The notes under the pieces: generated by a model
The model's database searches: none
Told to the model about the DNA's origin: nothing
The model's input: the letters and a program-made list of their open reading frames with translations, nothing else
Position numbers and translations under genes: made by a program
In this document: one piece after another, positions 31,265-44,095 of the stretch
Layout: every line of letters starts with the position of its first letter
Position numbering within the stretch: the first letter of the stretch is position 1
Assembly: GCF_055900595.2 (NCBI RefSeq)
Contig: NZ_CM148325.1
Strand: one strand, 5' to 3'
Length of the DNA: 64,000 nt

Positions 31265-33031
31265 ATGAATAAATCCCGTCAAAAAGAGTTAACCCGCTGG
31301 TTAAAACAGCAAAGCGTCATCTCCCAACGTTGGCTGAATATTTCTCGTCTACTGGGCTTTGTGAGCGGCATATTGATCATTGCCCAGGCCTGGTTCATGG
31401 CGCGAATTCTGCAACATATGATTATGGAGAATATTCCCCGTGAAGCCCTGCTGCTTCCCTTTACGTTACTGGTTCTGACCTTTGTACTGCGCGCATGGGT
31501 GGTCTGGTTACGAGAACGGGTGGGTTATCACGCCGGGCAGCATATCCGCTTTGCCATCCGACGTCAGGTTCTCGACCGTCTGCAACAAGCAGGGCCAGCG
31601 TGGATTCAGGGTAAACCGGCGGGGAGCTGGGCGACGCTGGTACTCGAGCAAATTGACGATATGCATGATTACTATGCGCGCTACCTGCCGCAAATGGCGC
31701 TGGCAGTGTCGGTGCCGTTGCTGATTGTGGTGGCTATCTTCCCCTCTAACTGGGCTGCGGCGCTCATTCTGCTGGGCACTGCTCCGTTAATTCCGTTGTT
31801 TATGGCGCTGGTTGGAATGGGGGCTGCCGATGCTAACCGACGTAACTTTCTCGCTCTTGCTCGCTTAAGTGGGCATTTTCTTGATCGCCTGCGCGGCATG
31901 GAAACATTGCGTATTTTTGGTCGTGGCGAAGCTGAAATTGAAAGTATTCGTTCTGCTTCGGAAGATTTCCGCCAACGGACAATGGAAGTGCTACGGCTGG
32001 CGTTTTTATCCTCCGGCATTCTGGAATTCTTTACCTCGCTGTCGATTGCTCTGGTGGCGGTCTATTTTGGTTTCTCCTATCTCGGTGAGCTGAATTTTGG
32101 TCACTACGATACTGGCGTGACGCTAGCTGCGGGTTTTCTGGCCCTGATCCTTGCGCCGGAGTTTTTCCAGCCATTGCGCGATCTGGGTACGTTTTATCAT
32201 GCTAAAGCCCAGGCTGTTGGCGCGGCGGACAGTCTGAAAACGTTTATGGAAACCCCGCTCGCCCATCCGCAGCGCGGTGAGGCTGAATTAACGTCGACCG
32301 ATCCGGTGACCATTGAGGCCGAGGATCTGTTTATCACGTCGCCGGAAGGTAAAACGCTGGCAGGTCCGTTGAACTTTACTTTGCCAGCAGGCCAACGAGC
32401 GGTGTTGGTTGGTCGTAGCGGTTCAGGTAAAAGCTCACTACTGAATGCGCTTTCCGGTTTTCTTTCATATCAGGGATCGCTACGAATCAACGGAATAGAA
32501 TTACGTGATTTATCACCGGAATCATGGCGTAAGCATCTCTCCTGGGTTGGTCAAAATCCACAATTACCAGCAGCAACACTACGAGATAACGTACTGCTGG
32601 CACGACCTGATGCCAGCGAACAAGAGTTACAAACAGCACTGGATAACGCGTGGGTCAGTGAGTTTCTACCGCTCCTGCCACAAGGAGTTGATACGCCTGT
32701 TGGCGACCAGGCTGCCCGCCTTTCCGTAGGCCAGGCACAACGTGTGGCGGTGGCGCGTGCATTACTGAATCCCTGTTCGCTATTACTGTTGGATGAACCC
32801 GCAGCAAGCCTTGATGCTCACAGTGAACAGCGCGTAATGGAGGCGCTGAATGCCGCCTCTCTGCACCAGACAACGTTAATGGTCACCCACCAGTTAGAAG
32901 ATCTTGCTGACTGGGATGTCATTTGGGTAATGCAGGATGGTCAGATTATCGAGCAAGGACGTTACGCGGAATTAAGCGTGGCTGGTGGTCCTTTCGCCAC
33001 ATTGCTGGCCCATCGTCAGGAGGAGATTTAA
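31265..33031 (+). CDS. cydD: Cysteine/glutathione ABC exporter, permease/ATPase subunit CydD
   Basis: 588 aa; N-terminal TM domain plus C-terminal ABC ATPase (GRSGSGKSS, LSVGQAQRVAVARAL). Confidence 0.9.
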   Translation: MNKSRQKELTRWLKQQSVISQRWLNISRLLGFVSGILIIAQAWFMARILQHMIMENIPREALLLPFTLLVLTFVLRAWVVWLRERVGYHAGQHIRFAIRRQVLDRLQQAGPAWIQGKPAGSWATLVLEQIDDMHDYYARYLPQMALAVSVPLLIVVAIFPSNWAAALILLGTAPLIPLFMALVGMGAADANRRNFLALARLSGHFLDRLRGMETLRIFGRGEAEIESIRSASEDFRQRTMEVLRLAFLSSGILEFFTSLSIALVAVYFGFSYLGELNFGHYDTGVTLAAGFLALILAPEFFQPLRDLGTFYHAKAQAVGAADSLKTFMETPLAHPQRGEAELTSTDPVTIEAEDLFITSPEGKTLAGPLNFTLPAGQRAVLVGRSGSGKSSLLNALSGFLSYQGSLRINGIELRDLSPESWRKHLSWVGQNPQLPAATLRDNVLLARPDASEQELQTALDNAWVSEFLPLLPQGVDTPVGDQAARLSVGQAQRVAVARALLNPCSLLLLDEPAASLDAHSEQRVMEALNAASLHQTTLMVTHQLEDLADWDVIWVMQDGQIIEQGRYAELSVAGGPFATLLAHRQEEI

Positions 33032-34753
33032 ATGCGCGCTTTGCTACCCTATCTGGCACTGTATAAACGTCATAAATGGATGTTAAGTCTTGGTATTGTG
33101 CTGGCAATTGTCACGCTGCTCGCCAGTATCGGTCTGTTGACACTTTCCGGCTGGTTCCTCTCGGCCTCAGCGGTAGCGGGGGTTGCCGGACTGTACAGCT
33201 TCAACTATATGCTACCCGCTGCGGGCGTGCGTGGTGCAGCAATCACCCGTACTGCCGGGCGCTATTTTGAACGTCTGGTAAGTCACGACGCGACTTTCCG
33301 CGTGTTGCAGCATCTGCGTATTTACACCTTCAGCAAATTGCTCCCCCTCTCCCCTGCCGGACTGGCGCGCTATCGTCAGGGCGAATTGCTCAACCGCGTG
33401 GTGGCGGATGTTGATACGCTCGATCATCTTTACCTGCGCGTTATCTCGCCGCTGGTGGGCGCTTTTGTGGTGATTATGGTGGTGACAATCGGGTTAAGTT
33501 TCCTTGATTTCACCCTCGCCTTTACGCTGGGCGGCATTATGTTACTGACGCTTTTGCTGATGCCACCGCTGTTTTATCGTGCGGGAAAAAGCACCGGGCA
33601 AAATCTGACTCATCTTCGCGGGCAGTATCGCCAACAACTGACAGCCTGGCTGCAAGGGCAAGCTGAGCTGACCATTTTTGGTGCCAGCGATCGTTATCGC
33701 ACGCAATTAGAGAATACTGAAATTCAGTGGCTGGAAGCGCAACGCCGTCAATCTGAACTGACAGCTTTGTCGCAAGCAATAATGCTGTTAATTGGCGCGT
33801 TAGCGGTGATCCTGATGCTGTGGATGGCGTCTGGCGGCGTTGGTGGCAATACTCAACCAGGCGCGTTAATTGCCCTGTTTGTCTTCTGTGCGTTAGCCGC
33901 GTTTGAAGCACTGGCACCGGTAACGGGTGCATTTCAGCATCTGGGGCAAGTCATTGCCTCTGCCGTACGGATCACTGATTTAACGGATCAAAAACCGGAA
34001 GTCACCTTCCCTGATACCCAAACCCATGTTGCCGATCGTGTTTCGCTGACGTTACGGGATGTTCAGTTCACTTATCCGGAGCAGTCCCAACAGGCACTTA
34101 AAGGGATTTCTCTTCAGGTAAACGCCGGAGAACATATGGCGATTCTCGGGCGAACCGGATGCGGCAAATCAACACTGTTACAACTGCTGACCCGCGCATG
34201 GGACCCGCAACAGGGCGAGATTTTGCTTAACGATAGCCCCATAGCCAGCCTGAATGAAGCGACTCTACGACAGACCATCAGCGTTGTTCCTCAGCGAGTG
34301 CATCTGTTTAGCGCCACGCTGCGTGATAATCTGTTACTCGCCTCCCCTGGCAGTAGTGATGAAGTTTTGGCGGAGATCTTGCGTCGAGTTGGTCTGGAGA
34401 AGCTGCTCGAGGATGCAGGTCTCAACAGTTGGTTAGGTGAAGGCGGACGCCAGCTCTCCGGTGGTGAACTGCGCCGTCTGGCTATCGCCCGTGCGCTGTT
34501 ACATGATGCGCCACTGGTATTGCTGGATGAACCTACCGAAGGCTTAGATGCCACAACTGAAAGTCAGATCCTTGAATTACTTGCAGAAATGATGCGTGAG
34601 AAAACGGTGTTAATGGTCACCCATCGACTTCGCGGGCTCTCTCGTTTCCAGCAAATAATAGTGATGGACAACGGGCAAATTATTGAGCAAGGTACTCACG
34701 CAGAACTGCTTGCCAGACAGGGGCGTTATTACCAGTTTAAGCAGGGTTTGTAA
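33032..34753 (+). CDS. cydC: Cysteine/glutathione ABC exporter, permease/ATPase subunit CydC
   Basis: 573 aa; starts at the cydD stop; ABC motifs GRTGCGKST, LSGGELRRLAIARAL. Confidence 0.9.
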   Translation: MRALLPYLALYKRHKWMLSLGIVLAIVTLLASIGLLTLSGWFLSASAVAGVAGLYSFNYMLPAAGVRGAAITRTAGRYFERLVSHDATFRVLQHLRIYTFSKLLPLSPAGLARYRQGELLNRVVADVDTLDHLYLRVISPLVGAFVVIMVVTIGLSFLDFTLAFTLGGIMLLTLLLMPPLFYRAGKSTGQNLTHLRGQYRQQLTAWLQGQAELTIFGASDRYRTQLENTEIQWLEAQRRQSELTALSQAIMLLIGALAVILMLWMASGGVGGNTQPGALIALFVFCALAAFEALAPVTGAFQHLGQVIASAVRITDLTDQKPEVTFPDTQTHVADRVSLTLRDVQFTYPEQSQQALKGISLQVNAGEHMAILGRTGCGKSTLLQLLTRAWDPQQGEILLNDSPIASLNEATLRQTISVVPQRVHLFSATLRDNLLLASPGSSDEVLAEILRRVGLEKLLEDAGLNSWLGEGGRQLSGGELRRLAIARALLHDAPLVLLDEPTEGLDATTESQILELLAEMMREKTVLMVTHRLRGLSRFQQIIVMDNGQIIEQGTHAELLARQGRYYQFKQGL

Positions 34754-34794
34754 GCTATTATTGAACGATCCGACTTGCGTGGAGTTTTGCGGTC

Positions 34795-35499
34795 ATGCGC
34801 CTGGTTCAGCTTTCTCGCCATTCAATAGCCTTCCCTTCCCCGGAAGGCGCATTACGTGAGCCTAACGGCCTGCTGGCACTGGGGGGCGATCTTAGCCCTG
34901 CGCGCCTGTTAATGGCTTACCAGCGTGGTATTTTTCCGTGGTTTTCTCCAGGCGACCCCATCCTCTGGTGGTCGCCCGATCCTCGCGCGGTGCTATGGCC
35001 AGAATCACTGCATATCAGCCGTAGTATGAAGCGATTTCATAAACGCTCGCCCTATCGTGTCACGATGAATTACGCCTTTGGTCAGGTCATTGAAGGCTGT
35101 GCCAGCGATCGCGAAGAAGGAACCTGGATCACGCGTGGCGTGGTCGAAGCCTACCATCGTCTTCACGAACTCGGTCATGCCCACTCCATCGAAGTCTGGT
35201 GTGAAGATGAGCTTGTTGGCGGTATGTACGGCGTGGCCCAGGGAACGCTATTTTGTGGCGAGTCCATGTTCAGCCGGATGGAAAACGCGTCCAAAACGGC
35301 GCTACTGGTCTTCTGTGAGGAATTTATCCGTCACGGTGGCAAACTTATCGACTGCCAGGTCCTTAACGATCACACAGCTTCGCTTGGTGCCTGCGAAATT
35401 CCCCGCCGGGATTATCTAAATTATCTCAATCAAATGCGCCTCGGACGATTGCCGAATAATTTCTGGGTACCACGGTGCTTGTTTTCACCACAAGAATGA
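34795..35499 (+). CDS. aat: Leucyl/phenylalanyl-tRNA--protein transferase
   Basis: 234 aa, [50 protein letters not shown]... Confidence 0.9.
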   Translation: MRLVQLSRHSIAFPSPEGALREPNGLLALGGDLSPARLLMAYQRGIFPWFSPGDPILWWSPDPRAVLWPESLHISRSMKRFHKRSPYRVTMNYAFGQVIEGCASDREEGTWITRGVVEAYHRLHELGHAHSIEVWCEDELVGGMYGVAQGTLFCGESMFSRMENASKTALLVFCEEFIRHGGKLIDCQVLNDHTASLGACEIPRRDYLNYLNQMRLGRLPNNFWVPRCLFSPQE

Positions 35500-35780
35500 A
35501 TGTTTTCGGCACTTTTCTCCCCAGAGTGTTATAATTGCGGTCGCAGAGTTGGTTACGCTCATTACCCCGCTGCCGATAAGGAATTTTTCGCGTCAGGTAA
35601 CGCCCATCGTTTATCTCACCGCTCCCTTATACGTTGCGCTTTTGGTGCGGCTTAGCCGTGTGTTTTCGGAGTAATGTGCCGAACCTGTTTGTTGCGATTT
35701 AGCGCGCAAATCTTTACTTATTTACAGAACTTCGGCATTATCTTGCCGGTTCAAATTACGGTAGTGATACCCCAGAGGAT

Positions 35781-36002
<222 letters not shown>

Positions 36003-36250
36003 TTGTTTTACCGCCTGATGGGCGAAGAGAAAGAACGAGTAAAAGGTCGGTTTAACCGGCCTTTTTATTTTGTACGAAGAACGCTGGAAGTATAAGTACA
36101 TAACTTGTCTCGATGTAGATATACTGCACAACTTGTTTACAGTATGAGCAAACGAGAATTGTCAGTAAAATTCTTCTTGACCGTTTTACTCCAACTCCCT
36201 ATAGTAGCGCCCCGTTGCCCCCCCATGAGGTCAGGCAGCAAAACAATTTG

Positions 36251-36337
36251 GTGAGGTGTCCGAGTGGCTGAAGGAGCACGCCTGGAAAGTGTGTATACGG
36301 CAACGTATCGGGGGTTCGAATCCCCCCCTCACCGCCA
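36251..36337 (+). tRNA. serW: tRNA-Ser (GGA anticodon)
   Basis: ggtgaggtgtccgagtggctgaaggagcacgcctggaaagtgtgtatacggcaacgtatcgggggttcgaatccccccctcaccgcca: 7-bp acceptor stem, long variable arm, T-loop GGTTCGAATCC, encoded CCA. Confidence 0.9.
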
Positions 36338-36351
36338 TATTTGAAGAAGAG

Positions 36352-36378
36352 CTCGTACGAAAGTACGGGCTTTTTTTT
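36352..36378 (+). terminator. serW intrinsic terminator
   Basis: cgtac gaaa gtacg hairpin followed by a T8 run. Confidence 0.55.
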
Positions 36379-36682
36379 CGCATTTTATCTGCCTGTACGG
36401 CAGTGAACGGTATAAAAATCGAGTTTTCCTTTCGGTTGGCTTTCTAAGCTGCCTGTACGGCAGTGAACTCAAATACTACACGTCTAGCCCGTTGTTAATA
36501 AAGCAAAACCATCTCATTTTCCTGCTGCCCCCCCTTTTTTATCCTTACCTTTCAGCTGCACTACTTATCAACAACTTACCATCATCATCAAAAAAAGGGT
36601 CTGAACCTCCTCCACCCCATAAATAAAAAGTCCGTAACCTCTTTCGAGATTACGGACTTCACCAACCTACCTAACAATTAGA

Positions 36683-38959
36683 TTAATGCGCTGCTTCCGC
36701 CTTGTGCTTTTGTGCACTCTGAAATCCGTAAGTCAGCTCATTTTTCTCTTTATCCAGCGCAACCGTCACCTGACCGCCGTCCACCAGCGAACCAAACAAC
36801 AGTTCGTTGGCGAGCGGTTTTTTCAGGTTGTCCTGGATGACACGCGCCATCGGACGTGCGCCCATTGCCCGGTCGTAACCTTTCTCGGCCAGCCAGTTAC
36901 GCGCTTCCTGGCTCACTTCCAGAGAAACACCTTTCTGATCCAACTGAACCTGCAACTCGACGATGAATTTATCCACTACCTGATGGATCACGTCGGTGGA
37001 GAGATGATCGAACCAGATAATGTTGTCGAGACGGTTACGGAATTCCGGTGTAAAGATCTTCTTGATCTCTTCCATCGCATCGGTGCTGTTATCCTGGTGG
37101 ATAAGACCAATGGATTTACGCTCAGTTTCCCGTACCCCGGCATTAGTGGTCATCACCAGCACCACGTTACGGAAGTCCGCTTTGCGTCCGTTGTTATCGG
37201 TCAGCGTACCGTTGTCCATCACCTGCAACAGAATATTGAACACGTCCGGGTGCGCTTTCTCGATTTCGTCCAGCAGCAGCACCGCATGAGGATGCTTGAT
37301 GACCGCATCAGTCAGCAAACCGCCCTGATCAAAACCAACGTATCCCGGAGGCGCACCAATCAGACGGCTGACGGTATGGCGTTCCATATACTCGGACATA
37401 TCAAAGCGCAGAAGCTCAATGCCCAAAGCTTTCGAAAGCTGTACCGTCACCTCTGTTTTCCCGACCCCGGTAGGGCCGGCAAACAGGAACGAACCGACTG
37501 GTTTATGTTCGTGACCTAAACCTGCACGCGCCATCTTAATGGCTTCAGTCAGCGCCTCAATGGCTTTATCCTGACCGAAGACCAGCATTTTCAGGCGATC
37601 GCTGAGGTTTTTCAGGGTATCGCGGTCACTCTGAGAAACACTCTTCTCTGGAATGCGCGCAATACGGGCCACCACGGACTCAATATCCGCCACATTAACG
37701 GTTTTCTTGCGTTTGCTTACCGGCATCAGGCGTGCGCGAGCGCCCGCTTCGTCGATAACGTCAATGGCTTTATCCGGCAGATGACGATCGTTAATGTATT
37801 TCACCGCCAGCTCTACCGCTGCACGCACCGCTTTTGCGGTATAACGCACGTCATGGTGCGCTTCGTACTTCGGTTTCAGGCCGTTGATGATCTGTACGGT
37901 TTCTTCGATCGACGGTTCAGTAATATCAATTTTCTGGAAGCGACGCGCCAGAGCACGGTCTTTCTCGAAAATGTTGCTGAACTCCTGATAGGTTGTCGAA
38001 CCAATTACGCGAATTTTACCGCTTGAGAGCAACGGTTTGATCAGGTTAGCCGCATCAACCTGACCACCAGAGGCTGCACCCGCACCGATAATGGTGTGGA
38101 TCTCATCAATAAACAGGATGCTGTTAGTGTCCTGCTCCAGCTGCTTGAGCAACGCTTTAAAACGTTTTTCAAAGTCGCCGCGATATTTTGTGCCCGCTAA
38201 CAGAGAACCGATATCGAGAGAGTAAATCGTACAGTCAGCCATCACTTCCGGCACATCGCCCTGTACAATTCGCCAGGCAAGACCTTCCGCAATCGCGGTT
38301 TTGCCGACACCGGATTCCCCCACCAGCAGCGGGTTGTTTTTACGGCGACGGCAGAGAACCTGAATAGCACGCTCCAGCTCCTTCTCACGACCAATCAGTG
38401 GGTCGATTCCGCCCACACGCGCAAGCTGATTCAGGTTCGTCGTGAAATTCTCCATACGTTCCTCCCCACCAGCTTGTTCTTCGCTGTTTGGCTGGCTGCC
38501 AGGATCAGAAGACTGTGTCGGCTCGTCTTTACGCGTGCCATGAGAGATAAAGTTCACCACATCGAGACGGCTGACTTCATGTTTGCGCAACAGATATGCC
38601 GCCTGCGACTCCTGTTCGCTAAAGATAGCGACCAGAACGTTTGCACCGGTAACCTCATTGCGACCGGAGGACTGGACATGGAAGACCGCACGTTGCAGTA
38701 CACGCTGAAAACTCAGCGTTGGCTGTGTGTCGCGCTCCTCTTCACTGGCAGGCAGAACGGGTGTGGTTTGTTCAATAAAGGCTTCCAGTTCCTGACGGAG
38801 CGCAACCAAATCCACGGAACACGCTTCCAGCGCCTCCCGGGCAGATGGGTTACTGAGCAGCGCCAGTAACAAGTGCTCGACGGTCATAAACTCATGACGG
38901 TGCTCGCGCGCTCTGGCGAAAGCCATATTTAAACTGAGTTCCAGTTCTTGATTGAGCAT
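36683..38959 (-). CDS. clpA: ATP-dependent Clp protease ATP-binding subunit ClpA
   Basis: Start at internal ATG giving [35 protein letters not shown]... (758 aa); two AAA+ modules with Walker A motifs. Confidence 0.95.
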   Translation of the reverse strand: MLNQELELSLNMAFARAREHRHEFMTVEHLLLALLSNPSAREALEACSVDLVALRQELEAFIEQTTPVLPASEEERDTQPTLSFQRVLQRAVFHVQSSGRNEVTGANVLVAIFSEQESQAAYLLRKHEVSRLDVVNFISHGTRKDEPTQSSDPGSQPNSEEQAGGEERMENFTTNLNQLARVGGIDPLIGREKELERAIQVLCRRRKNNPLLVGESGVGKTAIAEGLAWRIVQGDVPEVMADCTIYSLDIGSLLAGTKYRGDFEKRFKALLKQLEQDTNSILFIDEIHTIIGAGAASGGQVDAANLIKPLLSSGKIRVIGSTTYQEFSNIFEKDRALARRFQKIDITEPSIEETVQIINGLKPKYEAHHDVRYTAKAVRAAVELAVKYINDRHLPDKAIDVIDEAGARARLMPVSKRKKTVNVADIESVVARIARIPEKSVSQSDRDTLKNLSDRLKMLVFGQDKAIEALTEAIKMARAGLGHEHKPVGSFLFAGPTGVGKTEVTVQLSKALGIELLRFDMSEYMERHTVSRLIGAPPGYVGFDQGGLLTDAVIKHPHAVLLLDEIEKAHPDVFNILLQVMDNGTLTDNNGRKADFRNVVLVMTTNAGVRETERKSIGLIHQDNSTDAMEEIKKIFTPEFRNRLDNIIWFDHLSTDVIHQVVDKFIVELQVQLDQKGVSLEVSQEARNWLAEKGYDRAMGARPMARVIQDNLKKPLANELLFGSLVDGGQVTVALDKEKNELTYGFQSAQKHKAEAAH

Positions 38960-38989
38960 AGGCACCTCCCCCAATTTTTATGCCTGCAT

Positions 38990-39310
38990 TCAGGCTTTTT
39001 CTAGCGTACACAGCAATGGATGCTCATTCTCCCTCGCGTACTTGTTCACCATCGCCACTTTGGTTTCTGCAACCTCGGCGGTAAAGACTCCGCAAATGGC
39101 CTTCCCCTGGTAGTGAACAGCGAGCATCAATTGCGTTGCACGTTCTACATCATAAGAAAAGAATTTTTGTAACACGTCAATAACAAACTCCATCGGAGTG
39201 TAATCATCATTGACTAATATCACTTTATACATAGATGGCGGTTTTAGCGCGTCGCGAACTTTTTCTTCCGCCAGTTGATCAAAGTCCAGCCAGTCGTTCG
39301 TTTTACCCAT
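38990..39310 (-). CDS. clpS: ClpA adaptor / N-end rule recognition protein ClpS
   Basis: 106 aa, [51 protein letters not shown]... Confidence 0.95.
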
Positions 39311-39632
39311 TGTCAGTTATCATCTTCGGTTACGGTTATCGGCAGAACGCCCTGCCGCTGACAAGAGCTTATTTGCCTGACCAATCTACTCCACATGATA
39401 GATAACTATCATCTATCGTTGGCATCAGCGACATCTGTCACATTCCTGTCAATAGCGTTAACTGCTTCAAATTTTTGATTCATACCTGCCCCCTGGCCCC
39501 TGTCAAATGCTTGACGGCTCGCCCTAATTCTCTAAATTGTATTTCTAGAGTTGGCGAGGTTTTGAACAGCCCCCTCTCTGACCCCGGTTTATTCCATCTT
39601 ACTTGTATAAGATTTGCGAAGGATGTCGAAGC

Positions 39633-39857
39633 ATGGAAAAGGGTACTGTTAAGTGGTTCAACAATGCCAAAGGGTTTGGTTTCATCTGCCCTGAAGGCGG
39701 CGGCGAAGATATTTTCGCTCATTATTCCACCATTCAGATGGATGGTTACAGAACGCTAAAAGCTGGACAATCCGTTCAGTTTGATGTCCACCAGGGGCCA
39801 AAAGGCAATCACGCCAGTGTTATTGTGCCCGTCGAAGTAGAAGCGGCAGTCGCATAG
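39633..39857 (+). CDS. cspD: Cold-shock-domain protein CspD (stationary-phase replication inhibitor)
   Basis: Internal ATG gives 74 aa MEKGTVKWFNNAKGFGFICPEGGGEDIFAHYSTIQMDGYRTLKAGQSVQFDVHQGPKGNHASVIVPVEVEAAVA. Confidence 0.9.
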   Translation: MEKGTVKWFNNAKGFGFICPEGGGEDIFAHYSTIQMDGYRTLKAGQSVQFDVHQGPKGNHASVIVPVEVEAAVA

Positions 39858-39892
39858 CTCTTCTGTCTCATTGTGTACATCCTAAAGGCAAA

Positions 39893-39920
39893 ATGCCAGC
39901 CCGATCGGCTGGCATTTTTA
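39893..39920 (+). terminator. Hairpin terminator between convergent cspD and macB
   Basis: gccagcc cgat cggctggc followed by attttta. Confidence 0.5.
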
Positions 39921-39929
39921 TCTCAAAAA

Positions 39930-41876
39930 TTACTCTCGTGCCAGAGCATCTACTGGATCCAGTCGTGCCGCATTTCGTGCGGGTAACCAGCCAAATAAAA
40001 TCCCGGTGACCGTCGAGCAGAGAAACGCCAGCAGCAGCGCCAACGGTGAAAAACCAATCTCCCAGCCGGGTAAGAAAAGCTGCAAGGTGAAAGCAATTAA
40101 CAGTGACAGTGTTATTCCCAACGCGCCACCGACCAGGCAAACCAGTACGGCTTCGATCAGAAACTGTTGCAAAACATCGCTTGCTCGCGCACCTACAGCC
40201 ATGCGAATGCCAATTTCCCGCGTCCGCTCGGTCACTGACACCAGCATAATATTCATTACACCAATACCGCCCACCACCAGCGAAATCACCGCCACCAGCG
40301 TCAGAAACAGTTGTAAAGTACGTGTGGTCTTTTCAACGGTTTTCAAGACGCCGTCCATGTTCCAGGTAAAGAAATCCTTCTTACCGTGGCGCAGTGAAAG
40401 TAAACGCGTGAGTTGCTGTTCCGCCTCAGCGCTGTCAAATCCTTCTTTCACCCTGACAGTAATAGAGTTCAGCCACGACTGGCCCATAACTCGCCCGGAC
40501 ATCGTGCTGTAAGGTAACCACACGCGCAGCACTTTACTACTGCCAAACATCGACTGTTTTTCCTCTGCCACGCCGATGACTCTCGCTGGCATATTACCAA
40601 CCAAGATAACCTCGCCAACCACATTTGCTTTATGGGGGAAAAGCTGACGGCGAGTATTACTGTCGAGAACCACGACTTGCGCACGGCCATTCAGCTGTTC
40701 CTGATTAAAGGTATTCCCTTCGCTGAAGGTCATGCCATAGACATTGAAATAATCGCCGCTCACGCCATTGGCACTGGCAGCCACATCAACATTGTTATAA
40801 CGCAGGCGCAGGTTTTGCGAGACGGCAGGTGTGGCTGAGGCGACCCACGGTTGTTTCTGGATGGCAATTAAGTCGTCGTACTTTAGCGCCTGCTGATATT
40901 GCGGATCGTCATCGCCAAAATCTTTTCCGGGATAGACATCGATAGTATTCGTACCAATAGAACGGATATCCGCCAGCACCATTTGTTTGGCGGCATCGCC
41001 CACCACGACAATTGAAACCACCGACGCAATACCGATAATAATCCCCAGCATGGTTAGTAAAGTACGCATTTTATTCGCTGCCAGCGCCCGCCATGCCATC
41101 GTCAGCGCCTCGTTAAAACCGCTGACAAACTGCCGCCAGCCAGAGGCCATTTTGACAACAGGTGCCGTCCCGCCAGCAACATTCACTTTTTCAATGGCGG
41201 GAGGATTGCGCACAATTTCGCCGTCGCGAATTTCGATCACCCGCTCTGCCTGAGCAGCAACCTGCGGATCATGAGTGACGATAATCACCGTATGCCCGCG
41301 ATCGCGCAGCTGATGCAGGATCGCCATTACCTCCTCACCGGAATGGCTGTCCAGTGCGCCTGTCGGTTCATCGGCAAGAATTACCTGACCGCCGTTCATC
41401 AATGCCCGCGCGATGCTGACGCGCTGTTGCTGACCACCCGAAAGCTGTGCCGGATAATACTCTGTACGGTCTTCAAGCCCCAGTCGTTGCAATAACTTCT
41501 GGGCACGAAGCAGTCGCTGTTTCCGCTCAAGACCCGCATAGACGGCGGGTACTTCAACATTCTGCTCGGCGGTTAAATGTGAAAGCAAATGGTAACGCTG
41601 GAAAATAAAGCCGAAGTGTTCGCGACGCAGTTGCGCCAGCGCATCGGCGTCCAGCATGGCAACATCCTGACCGGCGACGCGATAGGTGCCGCTGGTGGCC
41701 TTATCCAGGCAGCCGAGAATATTCATCAGGGTCGATTTACCGGAACCCGAAGCGCCGACAATCGCCACCATCTCACCAGCATAAATATCGAGGGTGATGC
41801 CCTTCAGCACCTCAACCTGCTCATCACCGGCAGGATAGCTGCGACGAATATCCTTTAATTCGAGCAAGGGCGTCAT
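39930..41876 (-). CDS. macB: Macrolide export ABC transporter, ATPase/permease MacB
   Basis: 648 aa; N-terminal ABC ATPase (GASGSGKST), C-terminal FtsX-like permease; translationally coupled to macA. Confidence 0.9.
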   Translation of the reverse strand: MTPLLELKDIRRSYPAGDEQVEVLKGITLDIYAGEMVAIVGASGSGKSTLMNILGCLDKATSGTYRVAGQDVAMLDADALAQLRREHFGFIFQRYHLLSHLTAEQNVEVPAVYAGLERKQRLLRAQKLLQRLGLEDRTEYYPAQLSGGQQQRVSIARALMNGGQVILADEPTGALDSHSGEEVMAILHQLRDRGHTVIIVTHDPQVAAQAERVIEIRDGEIVRNPPAIEKVNVAGGTAPVVKMASGWRQFVSGFNEALTMAWRALAANKMRTLLTMLGIIIGIASVVSIVVVGDAAKQMVLADIRSIGTNTIDVYPGKDFGDDDPQYQQALKYDDLIAIQKQPWVASATPAVSQNLRLRYNNVDVAASANGVSGDYFNVYGMTFSEGNTFNQEQLNGRAQVVVLDSNTRRQLFPHKANVVGEVILVGNMPARVIGVAEEKQSMFGSSKVLRVWLPYSTMSGRVMGQSWLNSITVRVKEGFDSAEAEQQLTRLLSLRHGKKDFFTWNMDGVLKTVEKTTRTLQLFLTLVAVISLVVGGIGVMNIMLVSVTERTREIGIRMAVGARASDVLQQFLIEAVLVCLVGGALGITLSLLIAFTLQLFLPGWEIGFSPLALLLAFLCSTVTGILFGWLPARNAARLDPVDALARE

Positions 41877-42988
41877 TGTGCAGCTCCTGGTTTGGCCTCA
41901 CCAATCACCACTTCATCGCCAGCTTCCAGCCCTTTGACAATCTCAACGTCGGTGTCGTTACGTGCACCAATCGTCACTTCACGTTCGCGTGTTTCACCAT
42001 TACGCAACAATTTGACTTTATAACGATTATCACCGACTGGATCGCCTAACGCCGACAGAGGGATCGTCAGCACATTTTTCACATCGGTGAGTTGAATATG
42101 CACTTGCGCAGTCATATCCAGACGCAGCAAACCATTGGGGTTGGGTACTTCAAAACGGGCGTAATAGAAAATAGCGTCGTTAACCTTTTCCGGCGTCGGT
42201 AGCACATCCTTGATTTGCCCCTCGTAGCGCGTCAGCGGATCGCCAAGCACCGTAAACCAGGCTTTTTGCCCCGGCTTCAGGTGGATTACATCCGCTTCAG
42301 AAACCTGCGCTTTTACCAGCATGGTGCTCATATCTGCCAGCGTCAGAATGTTCGGTGCTTGTTGTGCGGCAATCACCGTCTGGCCTTGCAGAGTGGTGAT
42401 TTGCGTGACTTCCCCGGCCATCGGGGCAACGATGCGGGTGTAATCGAGATTGGTTTTAGCCGTATCGAGTGAGGCCTGATTGCGCTTGATTTGCGCGTCA
42501 ATGGTGCCAATTTGCGCCTGTTTCACAGCCATCTCCGTCGCGGCGGTATCGAGATCCTGCTGTGAAACCGCCTGCGTTTGTGCAAGACGTTGCTGACGGG
42601 AATACGTCACCCGCGCCAGTTTCAGCTCCGCTTCCGCCTGCTGCCGCTGCGCGCGTAGCTCCATCAGCGTTGCTTCCACCTCCTTGATCTGGTTTTCAGC
42701 TTGTTCAGGATCAATAACCCCTAAAAGCTGGTCTTTTTTTACTTTATCGCCAATCGCCACCGACAGCGTTTTCAACTGACCGCTGACCTGTGCACCCACG
42801 TCAACCTTACGCAGCGCGTCCAGCTTTCCGGTCGCCAGCACGCTTTGCTGTAAATCGCCTGGACGCACAATCAGCGTCTGATAAGTCGGCACGGGTGCGT
42901 TAAGAATTCTCCATAACGTAATCAGCCCGGCAATGACTATCACCAGCGCAATAACGTAACGCTTCTTCACGGTTTTCCGCTTTTTCAT
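41873..42988 (-). CDS. macA: Macrolide export membrane fusion protein MacA
   Basis: Start at internal [29 protein letters not shown]... (371 aa); coiled-coil/lipoyl/beta-barrel adaptor architecture. Confidence 0.88.
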   Translation of the reverse strand: MKKRKTVKKRYVIALVIVIAGLITLWRILNAPVPTYQTLIVRPGDLQQSVLATGKLDALRKVDVGAQVSGQLKTLSVAIGDKVKKDQLLGVIDPEQAENQIKEVEATLMELRAQRQQAEAELKLARVTYSRQQRLAQTQAVSQQDLDTAATEMAVKQAQIGTIDAQIKRNQASLDTAKTNLDYTRIVAPMAGEVTQITTLQGQTVIAAQQAPNILTLADMSTMLVKAQVSEADVIHLKPGQKAWFTVLGDPLTRYEGQIKDVLPTPEKVNDAIFYYARFEVPNPNGLLRLDMTAQVHIQLTDVKNVLTIPLSALGDPVGDNRYKVKLLRNGETREREVTIGARNDTDVEIVKGLEAGDEVVIGEAKPGAAQ

Positions 42989-43102
42989 AAATATTCTGAA
43001 TACTCCATATGCCAATCCGGGTCATTAACTTCAACGAAATATCAACAAAACCCTAAAATTTACGTTAGTAATCACACTATTGATGTTTGGTTAAGATACG
43101 CC

Positions 43103-44095
43103 ATGGTGAAATCGACGTTATGTATAACCATTGATTTCATGAATATGTCGCAGCTAACTGAACGGACCTTTACGCCATCTGAATCTCTCAGCAGCCTGTC
43201 ACTTTTTCTTAGTCTGGCACGTGGACAGTGTCGGCCGGGTAAATTTTGGCATCGCCGTAGTTTTCGCCAGAAATTTTTGCTGCGCTCGTTGATTATGCCG
43301 CGTTTAAGCGTTGAGTGGATGAACGAACTTTCCCACTGGCCGAATCTCCATGTGTTGTTAACGCGCCAGCCGCGACTGCCTGTGCGTCTGCATCGCCCTT
43401 ACCTTGCGGCGAATCTTAGCCGCAAGCAATTGCTGGAGGCGTTACGTTACCATTATGCATTGCTTCGTGCCTGCATGTCGGCAGAAGAATTCAGCTTATA
43501 TTTGAATACTCCCGGGCTGCAACTGGCGAAGCTGGAAGGCAAAAACGGCGAGCAGTTCACACTTGAGCTGACCATGATGATCTCAATGGATAAAGAAGGT
43601 GACAGCACAATCCTGTTCCGCAACAGCGAAGGTATTCCTCTGGCAGAGATCACCTTTACTCTGTGTGAATACCAGGGGAAAAGAACAATGTTTATTGGCG
43701 GGCTGCAAGGTGCGAAATGGGAAATTCCACATCAGGAAATCCAGAATGCGACGAAAGCCTGCCACGGGCTATTTCCCAAACGTCTCGTGATGGAAGCGGC
43801 CTGTCTGTTTGCCCAACGTTTGCAGGTAGAGCAGATCATTGCCGTCAGCAATGAAACACATATTTACCGCAGCCTGCGTTATCGCGATAAAGAAGGCAAG
43901 ATCCATGCTGATTACAACGCGTTCTGGGAGTCGGTTGGCGGCGTATGTGATGCTGAACGCCATTACCGCCTTCCGGCACAGATAGCACGAAAAGAGATTG
44001 CCGAAATCGCCAGTAAAAAACGGGCTGAATACCGTCGGCGCTATGAGATGCTCGACGCTATTCAGCCACAAATGGCCACGATGTTTCGCGGTTAA
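43103..44095 (+). CDS. ybjX: DUF535/VirK-family protein YbjX
   Basis: 330-aa ORF in the conserved position between macA and ybjD; exact start not verified. Confidence 0.7.
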   Translation: MVKSTLCITIDFMNMSQLTERTFTPSESLSSLSLFLSLARGQCRPGKFWHRRSFRQKFLLRSLIMPRLSVEWMNELSHWPNLHVLLTRQPRLPVRLHRPYLAANLSRKQLLEALRYHYALLRACMSAEEFSLYLNTPGLQLAKLEGKNGEQFTLELTMMISMDKEGDSTILFRNSEGIPLAEITFTLCEYQGKRTMFIGGLQGAKWEIPHQEIQNATKACHGLFPKRLVMEAACLFAQRLQVEQIIAVSNETHIYRSLRYRDKEGKIHADYNAFWESVGGVCDAERHYRLPAQIARKEIAEIASKKRAEYRRRYEMLDAIQPQMATMFRG

